Below the pieces are notes generated by a model. That model was given only the letters and a program-made list of their open reading frames with translations, searched no databases and was not told the DNA's origin. From assembly GCA_051362555.1 (NCBI GenBank), contig CM120645.1, positions 4,216,001 through 4,280,000 of the forward strand: a DNA stretch of 64,000 bases. The letters are read 5' to 3'. Each line of letters opens with the position of its first letter. The first letter of the stretch is position 1. A program made the position numbers and the translations under genes. The stretch is from Lingula anatina. Lineage: Eukaryota; Animalia; Brachiopoda. Below are positions 48,001 to 62,436 of this stretch, piece by piece.

Positions 48001-51000
48001 ATTACCTTCTGATATGCTAGGCTTCTCCTCAGCTTGACTTGTCTCCATGGGCTGTTCAGCTGGTGCCTGTTCACCACTGGTGTCAGCGGCAGGGACAGTA
48101 TCCATGCTCTCGGGTGCTGGCTGTGTGGGGGCAGCACTGCTGCTCTGCTGGGGGTCCTGACCTTGACCCTCTTTGTCCTCCTCGACCTTGACATTGCTGG
48201 CTTCTTGTGTTGTCCCAGCCGTCGTTGCTGCTGTTGTTGTTGCCGTTGATACTGCTGTCACTGCTGTGCCTGCAGTTGTTGATGTTGCTGTTGTTCCCTC
48301 TGTCGCCCCCTCGGATTCGTCCATAGCAAATAATTGTGCTGGGGGCTGAGCTGATATGGAGTTGGCTGATAGGGAGAGACTGAGGCTGGTTGAGGAAATG
48401 CTGCTGTTTGCGGTTGGAGTGGCTGTGGCAGTGAGGAGACTGCTACTTGGGGTAATGTTGGTGCTTGGGGTTGATACTACTGCTGCTGCCAGGGATGTAG
48501 TGGCACTGACTGCTGTTGTCCCTGTGCTGATTGTGGCTGAGGGAGTTGATGCTGCAGCTGTAGCAGAACATTTAAGTATCTTTGAATGGTTAGTTTTTCA
48601 GGCTTATTTTATATCCAGTTGAGTTTATATATCTACATACAGAATTATATGTATAAAATAGAATTTGAAAAAATCTATACACAGAAATCAACATACTGGA
48701 CTGAGTTTAAATGAAAAGAACGTGTCCCGACTATGACTTTCTCAGTGATGGATCTTGTACTGTATCTAGTCTTGGCTAGCAATTCATCAGACTGCCACTT
48801 TGCAGTCACATCTAACACACTCCAGCACACTGTCACATCCAACACAATGGCTTCCTGGGCCCACAGTGCACACTCACCTGGCTGTGTTATGATAGATATT
48901 GCCGGTTTAGGTGCTGCCAATTTGCTGACTGGAGTGGTTATTACCGTCTTGGCCTGAGTCATCACTATGGAGGAAAGAATGAGAGATGATGCATGGTTAC
49001 TGGAAATATACTATGTCCTTTAGCTAAAGACTAATGCATGGCTTTTAAGTCTGTACTTAAGTGAGGTAATTTTTAATTTTTATAATTTTAAAAAGTGTAT
49101 TGAAATGTACGAAAATGGAATGTGCTATATGAGATATAAATACCATTATTATAATTATGTCCAAATAAACTTGAAAAGATGGCATTTCTAAGGTGTATAT
49201 AACATGGCTAAAACATTTTTTTTTTCGTTTTTTTTCTCTCCGCCTACCTGGCTTTGTCACCACTACTGGACTCGACAGCTGACTGGTAGAGCCCTGAGCA
49301 TTCACTACAATGATCTGCTGCGATGAAGTAGGAGTGGACAACTTTGGCATAGTCGTGATAAATTTGGTTGGGGTGGCACCTGTGGTACCAGCACTATTTT
49401 TCGGTGCCGCTATGACAATGGTCTGTTTGCCTGGGGTACCACTGATGGTACCCACGTTAGGCTTCCCACCCACCGTGATCATAGATGTGGGTAAGGTCTT
49501 GAGGATTGTTGTGCCTGTCTTTGTATTTGTGCTCTGAAATGCAAGGAGCATAACCTGTTTTAACAAATTCATTCACTTCGATTCAATCCCCTTACCCTCC
49601 CAAACAGCCCCTGCAATGGATATGCAATTAATCAAACAATCCACACGTCTATCCTATTCCATCTGCCAATCACAAACCTTCTTACACATTCAACCTCTGA
49701 CCCTGCAACTGAATTACAACCAATCAAAACACAAGACACATCTAGTTCACCAATCACAAATCTTCTTACATCACCAACCTGTGGCTGCACACTGCTGATC
49801 CCCAGGATAGTGGAGGGTGTCTGGCCTGCTTGTGTGGTGGTGATGATGGCAGTGGGCTTGCCAGAACTGCCGTGAGTCGTCACCAGCTTGACTATCGTAG
49901 CACCTTGGGGAAGTTGAGACTTGCTCTGAAGAGAGTAAAGAGGAAAATGTTAATAACATTGGCGACTGCAGAAGAGGCATGCTTTTTTAGAGCAAAATAT
50001 CATTGTTTCTATGTGAAAATCTGCACGATAGTGCAGTGGTGCAGTGTAAAAGAATATTTCCAGTCACATCTTTTTAAAGAAAACCATTATCAATTTCCTA
50101 TTAACAAGCTTAAGTTTCTACTAATAAGTGACTTTTGTACTAAGTAAAAAATAAAAATAAGTGAGTCAGTGAATGTTTTGGATTCATATTCATGGGAACA
50201 TAAATCTCTTTTTTTTTCATTTTCATGTAAAAGGAATTCTCCTAGAACATTTAATGTTAAAAAATCCACCTGACTAAAAAAATCTACAGATTAAAAAAAG
50301 AACGATATACAGAAATAACATACAAATACGTGGGCCATGCCAAAGCATCTATCACCAAGATGACTTCTAAGGTGTACAGAGTACAAAGATTAATACCATG
50401 CATTTTACGTCAAGGTCTTTGTAAAAACAGCACGACCTGGAGACAATTCTAAGCTCGTCTTCCCGTCCTCTCCTACAACATGCAGTACGGGCCACAATTT
50501 CCCTCTAATCTACCACCAAGGCACAAATAAGTGAGCACAACAGAACTTAAGAAAACCAGGATTACCAAGACCAACACTTTCACAGAAAGCCTCAACAGCT
50601 GCCTTGAACATCAAGTAAAATGCAGGGGTTTGAAGACAGGATCACCGCTGTTTATATTTCAGAAATCAACAGGGAACTGTGCAAAAATATGAACAAGTAA
50701 ATTTCTACAGTTATAGACCATTGATCATCCTATATACAACAGAGAGTTGAAGCAGGGACAAGATGCAACACCCATTACAAAGCAATGCTAAATAAAAACT
50801 GAAATCCCTTAAAAGAATCAATACAAGGATATAATTGTCAATAAACATTGCAGTGCTTATTGTATCACAAATGTTTTGACATAAAAAAAAACTTTGTACA
50901 TAACTGATGATGTGCCATGCTTCATGCAATGCTGGAGAGAAAACTTGATATGTACAGCAAATCTAGAAGATAGAGCTCGGAGGTCATTTCAAATAAATTA

Positions 51001-53577
51001 TCATGAACTTTTAAGTAGGGGCCTCGAATTTCATTTATATTTCAAAGGAAAAAGAGAAGATGCCAACCATAGCAGATATGACATGCAAAGATTTCACAAC
51101 CACCGAATACAAACATGCAACCAGCCTGGTAACATATCTTGGTGCCGTCAATACAAAACCATATATATATATACTGTGTACAGCACGTGCCCTAACCTGA
51201 ACAGGTTGGCCGACAAGATGAGCCAAAGTTGAAGTGGTGGACTTATGTGGAAGTAATGTCACTTTGGGCATCTAGAGAAAAGCAAAGAAAGTGTATGTAG
51301 TTTACATTATTCTTTTCATCCCTCGAACAAGTTCCACTGAGATAAACAGGATGTTAGTCCATTCAGTGGATTTCAGTTGAAGCCTTAAGGAGGTAAAGAT
51401 AAGTACAAAAACACAAGATATAGAGGCACTGTAAAACAGTGCAATGTTTTCAGAAAATGTTTTAACAGAATATTTTAAGCAACTTGACACTTCTGCTTGT
51501 AACAAGAAAACGAGACTCTAAAATTCAGCGAAATATTTTGGGAAAAATATTGACGTCTTCAGGCAATATATTATTCCAACAAATAACTTGCCAAAGGCCT
51601 AGGAGAATTTAACTCTGCAATAATATACATTTACCTGAACAAATGAGCAATATCATCTAAATTCAGAACCTCTAATCTTAATTTTTTTACCACCCTGGCT
51701 TTTATTGGCCTCTATAATATTCAAATTTTGAAATGGTATTGGAAAAAAAAACCTAAACCTCCTCCAATAATAAATAAATAAATATTTAAATAAAAATAAA
51801 TAAATGGGTGGATGGATAGACAGATGGAGGGATGATAAAACCATGACAACTTACAGAGGCGACTGTCATGCCCTGTGTTGTCTTGACCAGTGTGACAATC
51901 TGGGGTTGGTTGGAGGAGGTCACTCCAGTCTTGTGGACTGTGATGATCTGTTTGCCCTGGAGGTTCTGCTGACCAGGCTTCAGAATGGTGGTGGGGTTAG
52001 CCATCCTCACTGTCTGGCTGCCCGGGGATTCTGTGGAGAGAGAGAGAAAGCTTTTATGCTACACTGAAACTTGGGTGACACAAATCTCATTCTTATCATC
52101 AAAAACAAATCTAGTTTTTATATATCTTTAAAAGACTTCATCCTATATGGAGTGAAAATAAAAAGATCTGCCACTCCCTCCCGCACAGACATACACAAAA
52201 AAATATCTTTGTCTTCCTACTTACGTGGCACAGACTTGACTGTCATTCCTGTAGATGTCACTATGGTCGGTGTGACCACTTTAATCCCGCTGGCTGGTGT
52301 GGTGGTGGTGGAGCCACTGGTGGTGTTAATCTTCTGTGTTGCCGCGGCTGCAGCTGCCAGCGCTGCTATACCACTCATCTGTGTGCCCTGACTACCACTC
52401 TGAATGATAAATAAATAAATAATTTATATTTTAATATTCTGACTTGGTCTTTTGAGGCCAGTGGCCCTCTAGATGACATCTGGGCTGCTCTCTGAGGAAA
52501 ACCAAGACAAAGAAGTGACATGTATGTTCACTAAATTTCTTTTATGACAAAATTTTTTCATGAGAAAGGGAAAAATCTACGTTGTCAAGCGAGCACCTTT
52601 TTTCACCCACTACATGCCAAAAAGCACATTAGCTACCTCCTTCATGCTTTGTAGTTTTTGAAGTCTCCCTTACATCAGGGTTGACACTCACCAGCACAGG
52701 GATAAGACTGTCATTTTGTGAAAAAGTCTGAATATATGGCATGGGGTCCAGACCCACCCCTCCTTTCCTCTCAGTATTTATTGGAAATCTACTTCTCAAA
52801 ATGATATTTTTGGCCCCTTTTCATCATAATCATCATCAACAGCAACAACAACAATAATGGCGATACTCACAACAACAACAACAACACTGTCACTACTTAC
52901 TGTAGGTGTGCCAGGTGTTCCAGGTTGTTTCTGTGTGACATTGATCACCTGAGCGTTGGGCCCAGTCCCCACCACCTTGTATGCTGTGGTCACACCTGAC
53001 TTCAGACCTGGTCTGATCACAGTAGGGGACGTCATGCCTGCTGGGGTCACTGGAATATAGCATAATAATAATAATAATAATAATAATAATATTTACAAGA
53101 AAATAATGCTGCTACAAAGAAAACTAGAAAGTCATGTCATTTCATTTCTTTAAACAACATTGGGGCAATTCTTTTTCAGTGAACAAAAATAAATAGTGAC
53201 TGTTGTACAGTCAAATGTTAGAAATAGGAATAAGTGTAAGTTATCATAAAATGTAGCATAGAAAAAATATGGGAGATCTCTTTAGTTTAAATTAATTGTA
53301 ATTTTAAAACAGCTAGTCAGCCATCCAGTTTGCTGAAAATGAAGTTTGTTTACAACTGAAGGAAAAAGTGCTCAATAAGAAAGGAAACAAAACTCTGTTT
53401 CATACATTGTTAGTCAAGGTTGCAAAAATAAAGAAATATGTATCTACTAATGATCCAAACAATGAACTAATGAAAAAATAGCAGGGAATTATTAGAGACC
53501 CAATATAAATATGTGTATAAATGCATCCCCGAGTTAAAATTTCTTTATTATGGTTAACAAAATACCTAAGCACAAAA

Positions 53578-53624
<47 letters not shown>

Positions 53625-56600
53625 AAAAGAACCTTAGAAATTGCACCTTCTTTTAAAAAAAACACATCTAGTCTCTAATAAGTCATTTAATACATCTTCT
53701 TGAGCACAAAGAAAAGATGCTTATCTCTCACATGATTTTATTTGATTTCTGGATCCAATCTTAACTTCCATTAATAAAGAGAAGTCCATTAATTGTACAA
53801 TTAATTATGAGAGATCTGAACCCTCTTAACCACGAGGTAAAACTATCAATGATCTTTTTTTGCTGGAAATCTTGCATAAAAAGCAAAGGCTTCTCAGGTA
53901 ACTTTCTCATTCGGGTACATTTCATCACCGCCACCAGCTCCAAGATAAAGGCATCATCTTAACTGATGTCCGACTAATCTAAAAAGAAGTTTGGACAGAC
54001 AAACGAACTGGGAAGTCCTCAAAGCAAGAGCCACAACTGAAGAATTGACAAGTCATGTTTGAGGAACAATTTCGGTGCATCTTTTCATTGCAAAATATTA
54101 TTGGCAAAAAGTCAACTCCCCCCCCCCCCCAAAAAAAAAAAAAACTTATATGAGGGCATGGATGTTCTGATTCATCCAGTTCATTGATATCACGTAAGAA
54201 GAAAAAAAAATCTCCATTAGACTTACAAAGTTATAATGCAATGAATTAACAATTTGAAGATTGGTGGTACCAAACACCATTTCAACTTGTTCCATATTTA
54301 TTCTATAAATTAAACCAGAATAAGATTTTTTTTTCTCCTTCAAAATTTAGCAAGAAAGTTACAAGCTAGATAGTAAGCTACAATAGCTTAATCATTGGCT
54401 CTTGTTCTTACTGAAGTGGAAACACCCACCAAGTGGAGATGAAAACATCGCAAGGGGGAAATAGCTGAAATATATTAATGAGCAAAGCATGCATAGTGAG
54501 AAATGTTGCACAAACCTCGTATAGTGTGTGCAGTAGAGGCGAGCGTAGCAGCCAGTGTGGTGGTGCCCCCTACTGGACGAATTGTTTGAATGCCTGCAAT
54601 GAGAGAGGGGTAGTGAGAGATAAGATAGGAGAGGGGGGGGGGGGGGGGGGGGGGCTAGTGGTCTGGCTTAAAGTGAGACCATGGACTCTCTATGATGTAA
54701 CTTACTTTAAGGAATAAAGAGATAAAAGAGCATGACAGGACATGAGGATTTTTTCCTTTCTTTAGGGTGGGAAGAATTACCAAACTAGAAGAGTCACTTG
54801 ACCTTGCTGATTGATATGCTTGAATAGAAAATGAAAAACTCAGTGAGTAAAGCCACAGTGCTGAAAGAAAAACATTGTTTTACTGTTCACATATCTCTGA
54901 TAACCAATTTATTCTTAGTAAACAGAAAACAATTTTCTGGTACAGCTTTATCGAAAAGACTGAGCTCAAAAAGAAGAAACACAATCGGAAGATAACAGAC
55001 CAAAATTATTCCTGCTACTCTTTACAAGAGGACTAGTAAGGAAGGAGGACGTTGACAATGACAAAACTAAAACAAAGGGCACTCACATACAATAAAGATT
55101 TTCTCAACACAGTAATCATGTCTGAATTCTACAAAGCATTGATCCCCTGAGCTCTATGTTATGGCTGAAGTGCATTATCTATTAAACAGATCAGATCTTT
55201 GTGGTAAATATCATCACTGGCACTGAATAAAACATCCTTAGGCAATTGTATTCATCAAAAGTGATGAGAAAGTAGACGAAATCAAATTATTTTTCAGTAG
55301 AGTGACTCATCTATTAAATCAACTGCACACACAGAATAAAAGGTCAAATTAATCTACATTCTCTTTTTTTTTGTGAAAAAATGTTAAACAAAACCACAGC
55401 AAAAGTGATCATCCTAAATCACATCTACGAAATGGAAAATTAGAAACGAAAGATGTCAAAGCCTTCATTGGTTGCCATGACGACTACTCACCTTGCCTGA
55501 CCATGGCGCCCCCTATAGCATTGGGGGTCAGAGCTTTCACCAGGGGATTGGTCTGTGGGACGCCGGTGGGCGTGGCAGCCTGGGAAGGAGGCATGTCATA
55601 CTTCTGCAGCTGTAACAGGTAGGCATCTGCCGTGGGAACTGTGCCCCAGCAGACCTCAAGTGTGTTGGTACTGGCACGCACTAGCTGAACTCTAGAGGGC
55701 GCTGGGGGCTTCTCTGTCTCCAGGAACCATAGGTCTTTGAAACAAACCTGGAATTTTTTTGAAGTCTTAATGTTTTCTTCAAGCGCATTGGTAAATGAAT
55801 ATTAATGTGAGTATTAATATTCATTGGTAAATGAATATTAATACTCACATTCATATAAGGCAATCATTAGAACTTAAAATACTTTCATAAGTTTGGAGAA
55901 AATAGATAACAATCTTCACCAGAAATTAAGCATTTGTTAATTAAAGGCATGCAAGCAAACCATCTTACAAATAATATAACCACATCCACCAATATTGTTC
56001 CCATACCTGGTTATTCCAGGCCTTCCTGTAGCCATCTCTGCCACTCCAGATATACAACCTGGTATTGATAGCTACAGAACACTGACCTGCCCTGGCCCTG
56101 GGGAGGGCATCCTCAAATACCTCCATTGCCAGGGGTTCCCAAGTCATGGTGTCTGGAAGAATAGGGTATAGATTATAGAACATGGGGTCAGCTTCTTTAC
56201 AGAACTTATGCCCTTATTTTATTTATTTTTTTTTTTTCAATTTTTGAGTCTGAATAATTTGAAATGTGTTAAAATAAATCCAATGAAGATGGGATGGTTA
56301 TACAATAGCAAAATGTAAATAATTTGAAAATATAGATCAATTTCATTAAAATTGTTGCTTATAAAAAAACCTGTACTCTACCACAAACATTTGTATTGCC
56401 CTAAAAAAAGAAAAATTAATTTCTTTGCTCATACCTAGATTCAAAGATGCCAGCGTGTTCGTGCACTTCCACTCCTTCTCGTGGGTTGCCACCTTGGCAT
56501 CCTCCATCACAAGAGGCACCCAGCCCCCGAACACAAACATTCTGTTGCCGATGACTGTGGCAGAGTGCAAGCTACGGGGGAGGGGCGGGATACCCTGAAT

Positions 56601-59600
56601 CACTGGCTTTGTCCAAGTGTGTGTATCTGAGATGTGGAGAAGAACATTTGGTTACAGGTAATTAAGTATGGCATCATTTAAGGGTACATTCAGTTCTTCA
56701 ATTCTGCTTATAATACAGTTTTCATTTCTTTCGTTCTTTTTTTTTTTTACAAATTTCCTTCTGTGAAACTACAGACTACTGTATAAGAACCTACCACAAT
56801 CAAGCTGCCACAGATCTCCCAGGCGACAGCCACTCATTCCCCCGTAGATAATGAGGCGGGGATTTTTGCCAAATTTCTCTGTGTAAGCAACTGCAGAATG
56901 AGATTCTCTGGGGGGCGGGAGTGGCCCACTGACTGCAGGGAAGTCCCAGCTGAGCTGAGAAGACAAAGGTTTCAGCTCCAGGGCATACACATCATTCAGA
57001 TACCTGAAAGTAACCACAGCAACCTGTGATAAAATGTGGTTTGTAAAAACACAAAGGGGTCCAAATTCATTGTTTTTCTTTCCTCTAATATACAGTGAGA
57101 CAAAAAGAAATCAGACTTTACAGGACTCTGACACTTCAGGACCAGAAAATCAATGCATATTGGCTCATACCAAAAAAAAGCAGCTGTTCCACTAGATTTG
57201 TTTGACATAACTAATAAGTACATTTATAAGGCGACTGGTTATGCAGAGTCAACTGTGCACATTTATTCAATGAGCGTTTTAAACACTGAATAATAACAGC
57301 CCAAGTCAGATCATGTCATTCAACAGTTCAAAATTAATGGTTTGTACTACTGGTCAGGTTTTACTTGGTAACAGTCTCTATAATTCCAGTCCTTCACTAA
57401 AAAGCACTGGATGGGGTAACATATTTTTAAACACCGTGAAGTATGTGCCCTTACCTTGGAATATTATTCTTAGGGTCTTCACTGTCATTGGCCAGACCAC
57501 CAAACAAATACCCCTTTCCATTCAGCAGAGTAAAAGAGTGCCCTAGACAAGACAGAATGAAACATGAATGCAATATAACAAATGGAATTAGTTGTAAAAG
57601 TAAATATCTTAAATATGTTAATTTTAGACATTAAGCTGCACCCACACGACTAATTCATACTGAAAACTGGGTTCACTAGTTTTACCAGATGATCAGAATG
57701 CATGCAGACAGAATGTATGGTGGCTTTTGCTGACAGCTTTTTTTGCCGAGTGCTAACTCACTGCATGTCTCTAACTACAATTTACTGCTCCTTCAAGTGA
57801 GAGAAGTGATCTTTAAATCTACCATATCCCTATCTTTATTTATTAAGATATAAAACCACCATCTCAAGGAACCCGTAATATAATCTTCCCACAGCATCAT
57901 GCAAATCGTGACTAATGTAGGCATCACAGAAGTAAAAATAGTTTTATCATGTATTTTCCTATTAAGACATGCGATCAGTCAAAGACACGCATGTAGATGC
58001 AGATAATTCTGGAAATTGTTTTTTATTTCACCAACATATCCCCCCACTCATCCACCCCCTTGGGCAAAAATTTTAAATGTGGAACAGAGTAACCCAATCT
58101 CTAAGCCTAGTTGCCCTCAGCAGCAATTGAGTGACATCATTTAATGTCAATCTCTGAAGCTGCATTCTGCACAGCATATTTGAATTTAAAATGATCAGCT
58201 TCATGATTAAAATCACCAGAAAACTTGGATTTCCATTCCGCCTGAGACTTCTTTTATCCCATATCAAGGAATCTGATTATGTCAATTAGTTTATTCCTGA
58301 TCTGACCTAGGTTTTGTTAAATTGTCAGAAAAAAAGAAAATTTTCTTCAAAGACAGCATAACTTTTGTGTCCATTCTGTGTCTCTTTAAAATGTTAAAAA
58401 AATATTCCAACTTTTTTAAGGGCCACACTTACCAAGTCGCGGACAGGGTGGAGGGTGGTTTTTGGGAGGTTTCGGCCGCAGTCTCTTCCACTCCCACCTG
58501 CTGGCCTGCAACTCGTATAACTCATTGGAATATTTCCCATACTCCACCATCCCACCGAACACCAGTATACGCGTGCCGTCACAGATGAAGCCGTACGCAG
58601 CGCACCCTGGTGGGATATCTCCCCGCACTGCTGGTACAAACCATTGGTTGGTAGCTGGAAGAAGGAAATTTTGGAAATCATTAGGTTGATGATGATGGTG
58701 ATAAAGGCTTTCCCCAGAAAGCCATCCTGCTATCATATAGACAACCATTAGCCTCAAAGGATGGACCTATATTTTCAAAGACAGAAAGACAGCTTGCAAG
58801 TACATATTTTTGGGGTTGGTCAGTTGGGCTTGCTTGGGTTGGACTCCCCTTCAATCAATGATCAAATTATAGATGCACATTTTAAACTTTCTGTACCCCA
58901 AACCCTGTGGAAATCCCTGGTGATGATAACAGTTGTTTATCAAGTAAATTGGCAAGTTGTTGAAAGGTTGAATATTTGCCAAATGATATGAAAATTCAAA
59001 AATAAGTCAGCTCTTAGGGCATTTCATCTGGGTTATCATGGTCCATGCTAGTATTACTCTTTAAGATAAAAAGTGTGTGTCACTTTTCTGAGAATATTGT
59101 TTGCTCTTGAAGGCACAGTTGGTGAAAATGTTAATGATACTTAAAGAATTTTTTTTGAATGACTAAAAAAGCAAAAAATCATAATGGCCCAAAGTTTGTT
59201 GCAGTGAGCACACTTAAATCTGAAATAAATATTTTAATATAACCCATCAGCAAGAGCATTGCAGTAAAAGGTATCCAGCTTAGTCTAAGTGAACAGATAT
59301 AAATAATATGTCTGCTGGGTGTGAATTAGCCAAGTGTTTCTTCTGAGACAGGGCTGTATTATAGCCAGGCAACCAGCTATCTTTCGGAGTCTCCATATTA
59401 TTTCTGGCTGGTCATTTTTTGCATTTTTTGTTACAGAATTTCATTTCATCACTGGAGCTTAATATATGGAGCCTGGGCATTCCATTTTAGTAAAAAAAAA
59501 CTTAATTTGACCTCCATATTTTTCCATCTTCTAAAATCCTGGCTACTCCCATGTACATAGAGTATGCTCTTTTTAAATGCATTAACCCACTGTGTAAGGG

Positions 59601-62415
59601 TAGATCATGAATTTTAAGTTTTTTATGACTTCTGTAGCACTTTGCACTTCAGACTAAAAGAACTGGCAAAATGCAATACATCATTCTCAGATGATTCTTT
59701 CATCTTCTCCATCAAAGCTTTCCCTTATTAATTTGTACCCACTTTCACCGTCAATATAAATCTCTGCTTTCCATTCTATATCAGCAACTTATAGTACAAT
59801 CTTCGATTTTCATTTTTGAGACAACTCTTAAAAAACAAGTAAATCCATAAAAGGGAAAAAGTAAATTTAAAAAATACATTTTAACACACATCTGAACTTA
59901 ACACGCACTATTATACTCTATGAGTTAAGTTCTCATTTAAAAGAGAGCTTTGCGAGTATTCTGAATGGGTTGCCCTGACCTAAGCAATACATGTTATCCA
60001 AGTTGTGCACCATTCTCTCTTTCTCAGGGCTAAGACAGAAATTTGCTTATCTTTAACCTTGATCCGTGTAAGGGCTGGCCAGTAGTTTTGTTTAACCCCA
60101 CCCCTCCATCAAAAAAACAATATAAATTTCCCATTTTCTTGAAAGAAAAAATCGACTTAAAATCAGCTATTTCTTTCTTAACAATTAAGTTCTTAAAATA
60201 AAGAAAGTACACCAAATATATTTTTTTCAACTAAACTAGATATTGCATGGCATCAGGTTATCACAACATAAAAAATAGCACAAAAAATCAACATGTACTC
60301 AAAAAGATATGTTGGTTTATTTTAAAATTATCATCATACTTATCGCATACCCTTTTCACTTGTACTGGTGGACACAAGATAATCCACAAAATGCTATTCA
60401 CAATGTTTTTCCTGGCTTCACAATTCAAACTTAAAGTCAGAAAAACTAGCCCCGCATGCCCCGAAGGAAAACCATATCAGTAACCAGTAAGTAAATTCAG
60501 AATTTCTGACAGCACAGGTCAAACTAAGCTATTTTGAAATAAAATAGATTCTTTTTTCTATCATATGCATGTAACGCTGGTACTATCTTACTCCTTCTCT
60601 ACTTAATTCCTCCTTGGCAGAATTATTACCATGCTTACTCTTCACTCATTCAAAACATTCAAGCCTTAAAAGAGTTTTCTTCATGATATGACTTTGTATT
60701 CATTTCTTACACATACTCTTAAGTAGCATGTGCTTATTTTAAGAGCCCATAATAGTGGGCAATTTCCAATGATTACTTCATAGGCAAACCGAATATATAT
60801 CTATCACTATTATATGAAAAAAGTTAATTTCTTTAATTTTAATAATATAACTTTTGACACCAGCACGTATTTCCCTAAAAGATAATGTGAAGACTCAAGA
60901 CAAAGAAAAATCCTGTACAATGCAATCTTACTAAGTTAATTCTAGTACCCACACACATGTAGCATACTACTGATGGATCTGTCTAAGCTATATAATTCAG
61001 AGGTACCAGCAACTTTGGTTCATGTCTCACATAGTAATGCAAATTAGATATGTACCCTTTTTAGAATCCCTTGGAAAAAAAATGGGTCTAATTTTCATGA
61101 GTATTATTTTACAACAGACCTGTTTACAGAATCGAGGAAACTATTAACTCAGCTCTAAATAATTTCCACCTACAGCTGAAAATGATCAATTTTCTCCAAA
61201 ACTTCTTTTTATTACGTCCACCTCTTATATACAATAAAGATTTTCATAAGTATTCCATCATTAATTTAGTTCCATCTGATGGGCTTAAAATGAAAATTAT
61301 GCAAGCAAGAGATCAACTATTCATTGCTTCTTTTTGTTTGGAAAATAAATAATCCCCATCATAGCAATTGTAACCATTCCTGCTGCTTTACTCATTAACC
61401 CCCCTCCCCTCCCCTTTATTTATACATCTTCCAAAATCTACCACAACACCGAGGAAACAAATCAATACTGTTGACAGCAAAAATGATTGCTCGAAAATAC
61501 ATTTACACAAAATGAATTATATGTTTGTTTCAAATGGGATGGCTGGGTGTGACTTTTGCCACCCTTAAACACCACATACACTACTTAGCTACAAAATTAT
61601 ATGCAGTTCAATAATTTACCGCCAGATGTCACTACCTACCGACGAGTCCATCTCCCACCGTATAGAAAAATATCTGCTAAGCAATTTTTGCACAACTAAA
61701 TACCTGTAAATTTCTAAAATACTTCTATGGTTATCACGATCCCCAATCAATCATAAAAAAGCAATTTAATGAGATTAAAACTTTGTCAGATCTCGCACCT
61801 GCGAGACAAAAACAAATTTGGCTCCGACGACCGACGCCATATTGGCTGCAACCCTCAGCGGTAAATTAAAATATAAATATCCTAAAAACCTCCCATTTGA
61901 TTTACTTCAAACTTATCCAAAATACTATCCACCTCTATATCTATCAACTTTGTACAGCTTTTAAAATAATCTTCATTTTTATTAACAGAAATTTTAATTT
62001 TTACGTCCGTTCATTAGCATTTGTTGGGCGCCGCCATATTGGATTTTGGAAGGGCGCCGACTAAAAAACAATCACTTCTAAGCGTTTGATCTAATTCAAA
62101 TTATCACAAAAGAGAAAGATGATAGAAACGTCTCTCTCCTTTCGTCCATAACTAACAGACTTTGCCTATTTTAAAAGATATCCAAAAAGCTTGGCGGCCT
62201 TCAGCAAGAGGCCGCCATATTGGACGAACCTAGCCCCGTCAAATTTTGCACTTACTAGTATTGTAAACATGCAGTTCATCAACGATTCCTTCATTTCCTC
62301 CACCAAAGACAATCATTAAATCCTTGATAGAAACCGCCCGATGACCGTGGCGAGGACGAGGACATGGTCCCGTCGTGTTTGTCACCCGCTTCCATTTCAG
62401 AATGGGTGCCGCCAT
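43507..62415 (-). CDS. HCFC1: Host cell factor 1 homolog (Kelch, FN3, basic, acidic, FN3, NLS), about 1304 aa, 22 coding exons
   Basis: In-frame exons (minus strand): 62256-62415, 58433-58654, 57455-57542, 56795-57003, 56435-56626, 56007-56152, 55492-55747, 54516-54593, 52901-53049, 52225-52399, 51855-52030, 51197-51271, 49779-49925, 49248-49533, 48878-48964, 48006-48557, 47426-47559, 46727-46864, 46152-46340, 45397-45691, 45090-45156, 43507-43600. Diagnostic peptides: [133 protein letters not shown], and the NLS KKIKLE. Confidence 0.95.
44402..44510. repeat. ~53-bp tandem duplication in the last HCFC1 intron
   Basis: GATAGCATGCTTGAA..TAATTATGTTTCCATTATT..AAGTTCCTGTCAG occurs twice. Confidence 0.85.
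45009..45067. repeat. (TA)n microsatellite
   Basis: Direct inspection. Confidence 0.95.
45397..46864 (-). CDS. HCFC1: HCFC1 C-terminal FN3 exons (46727-46864, 46152-46340, 45397-45691)
   Basis: [10 protein letters not shown]...; [21 protein letters not shown]; [12 protein letters not shown]...PATQVRWLQ. Confidence 0.95.
53575..53625. repeat. (TAAA)n microsatellite
   Basis: Direct inspection. Confidence 0.95.
55492..62415 (-). CDS. HCFC1: HCFC1 Kelch-domain and SAS1N exons 1-7
   Basis: ORF-track fragments 62239-62433, 58416-58757, 56769-57017, 56346-56603, 55965-56183 and 55484-55681 all match HCF Kelch repeats or the N-terminal FN3 half. Confidence 0.95.
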
Positions 62416-62436
62416 GTTGTTTCCTACCCACAATGC
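61835..62436 (-). promoter_or_regulatory. HCFC1 5' regulatory cluster: four co-oriented YY1-type motifs and a ZNF143/Staf-type site
   Basis: CGCCATATTGG at 61835, GCCGCCATATTGG at 62030 and 62211, GCCGCCATGTT at 62408 (overlapping the ATG); TACCCACAATGC at 62425-62436. Confidence 0.6.

Noticed and set aside
56080-56090. RAGQC instead of the usual RAGHC in an HCF Kelch repeat
   Set aside because: This is a single-base difference that cannot be distinguished from polymorphism or sequencing error without reads or orthologues.
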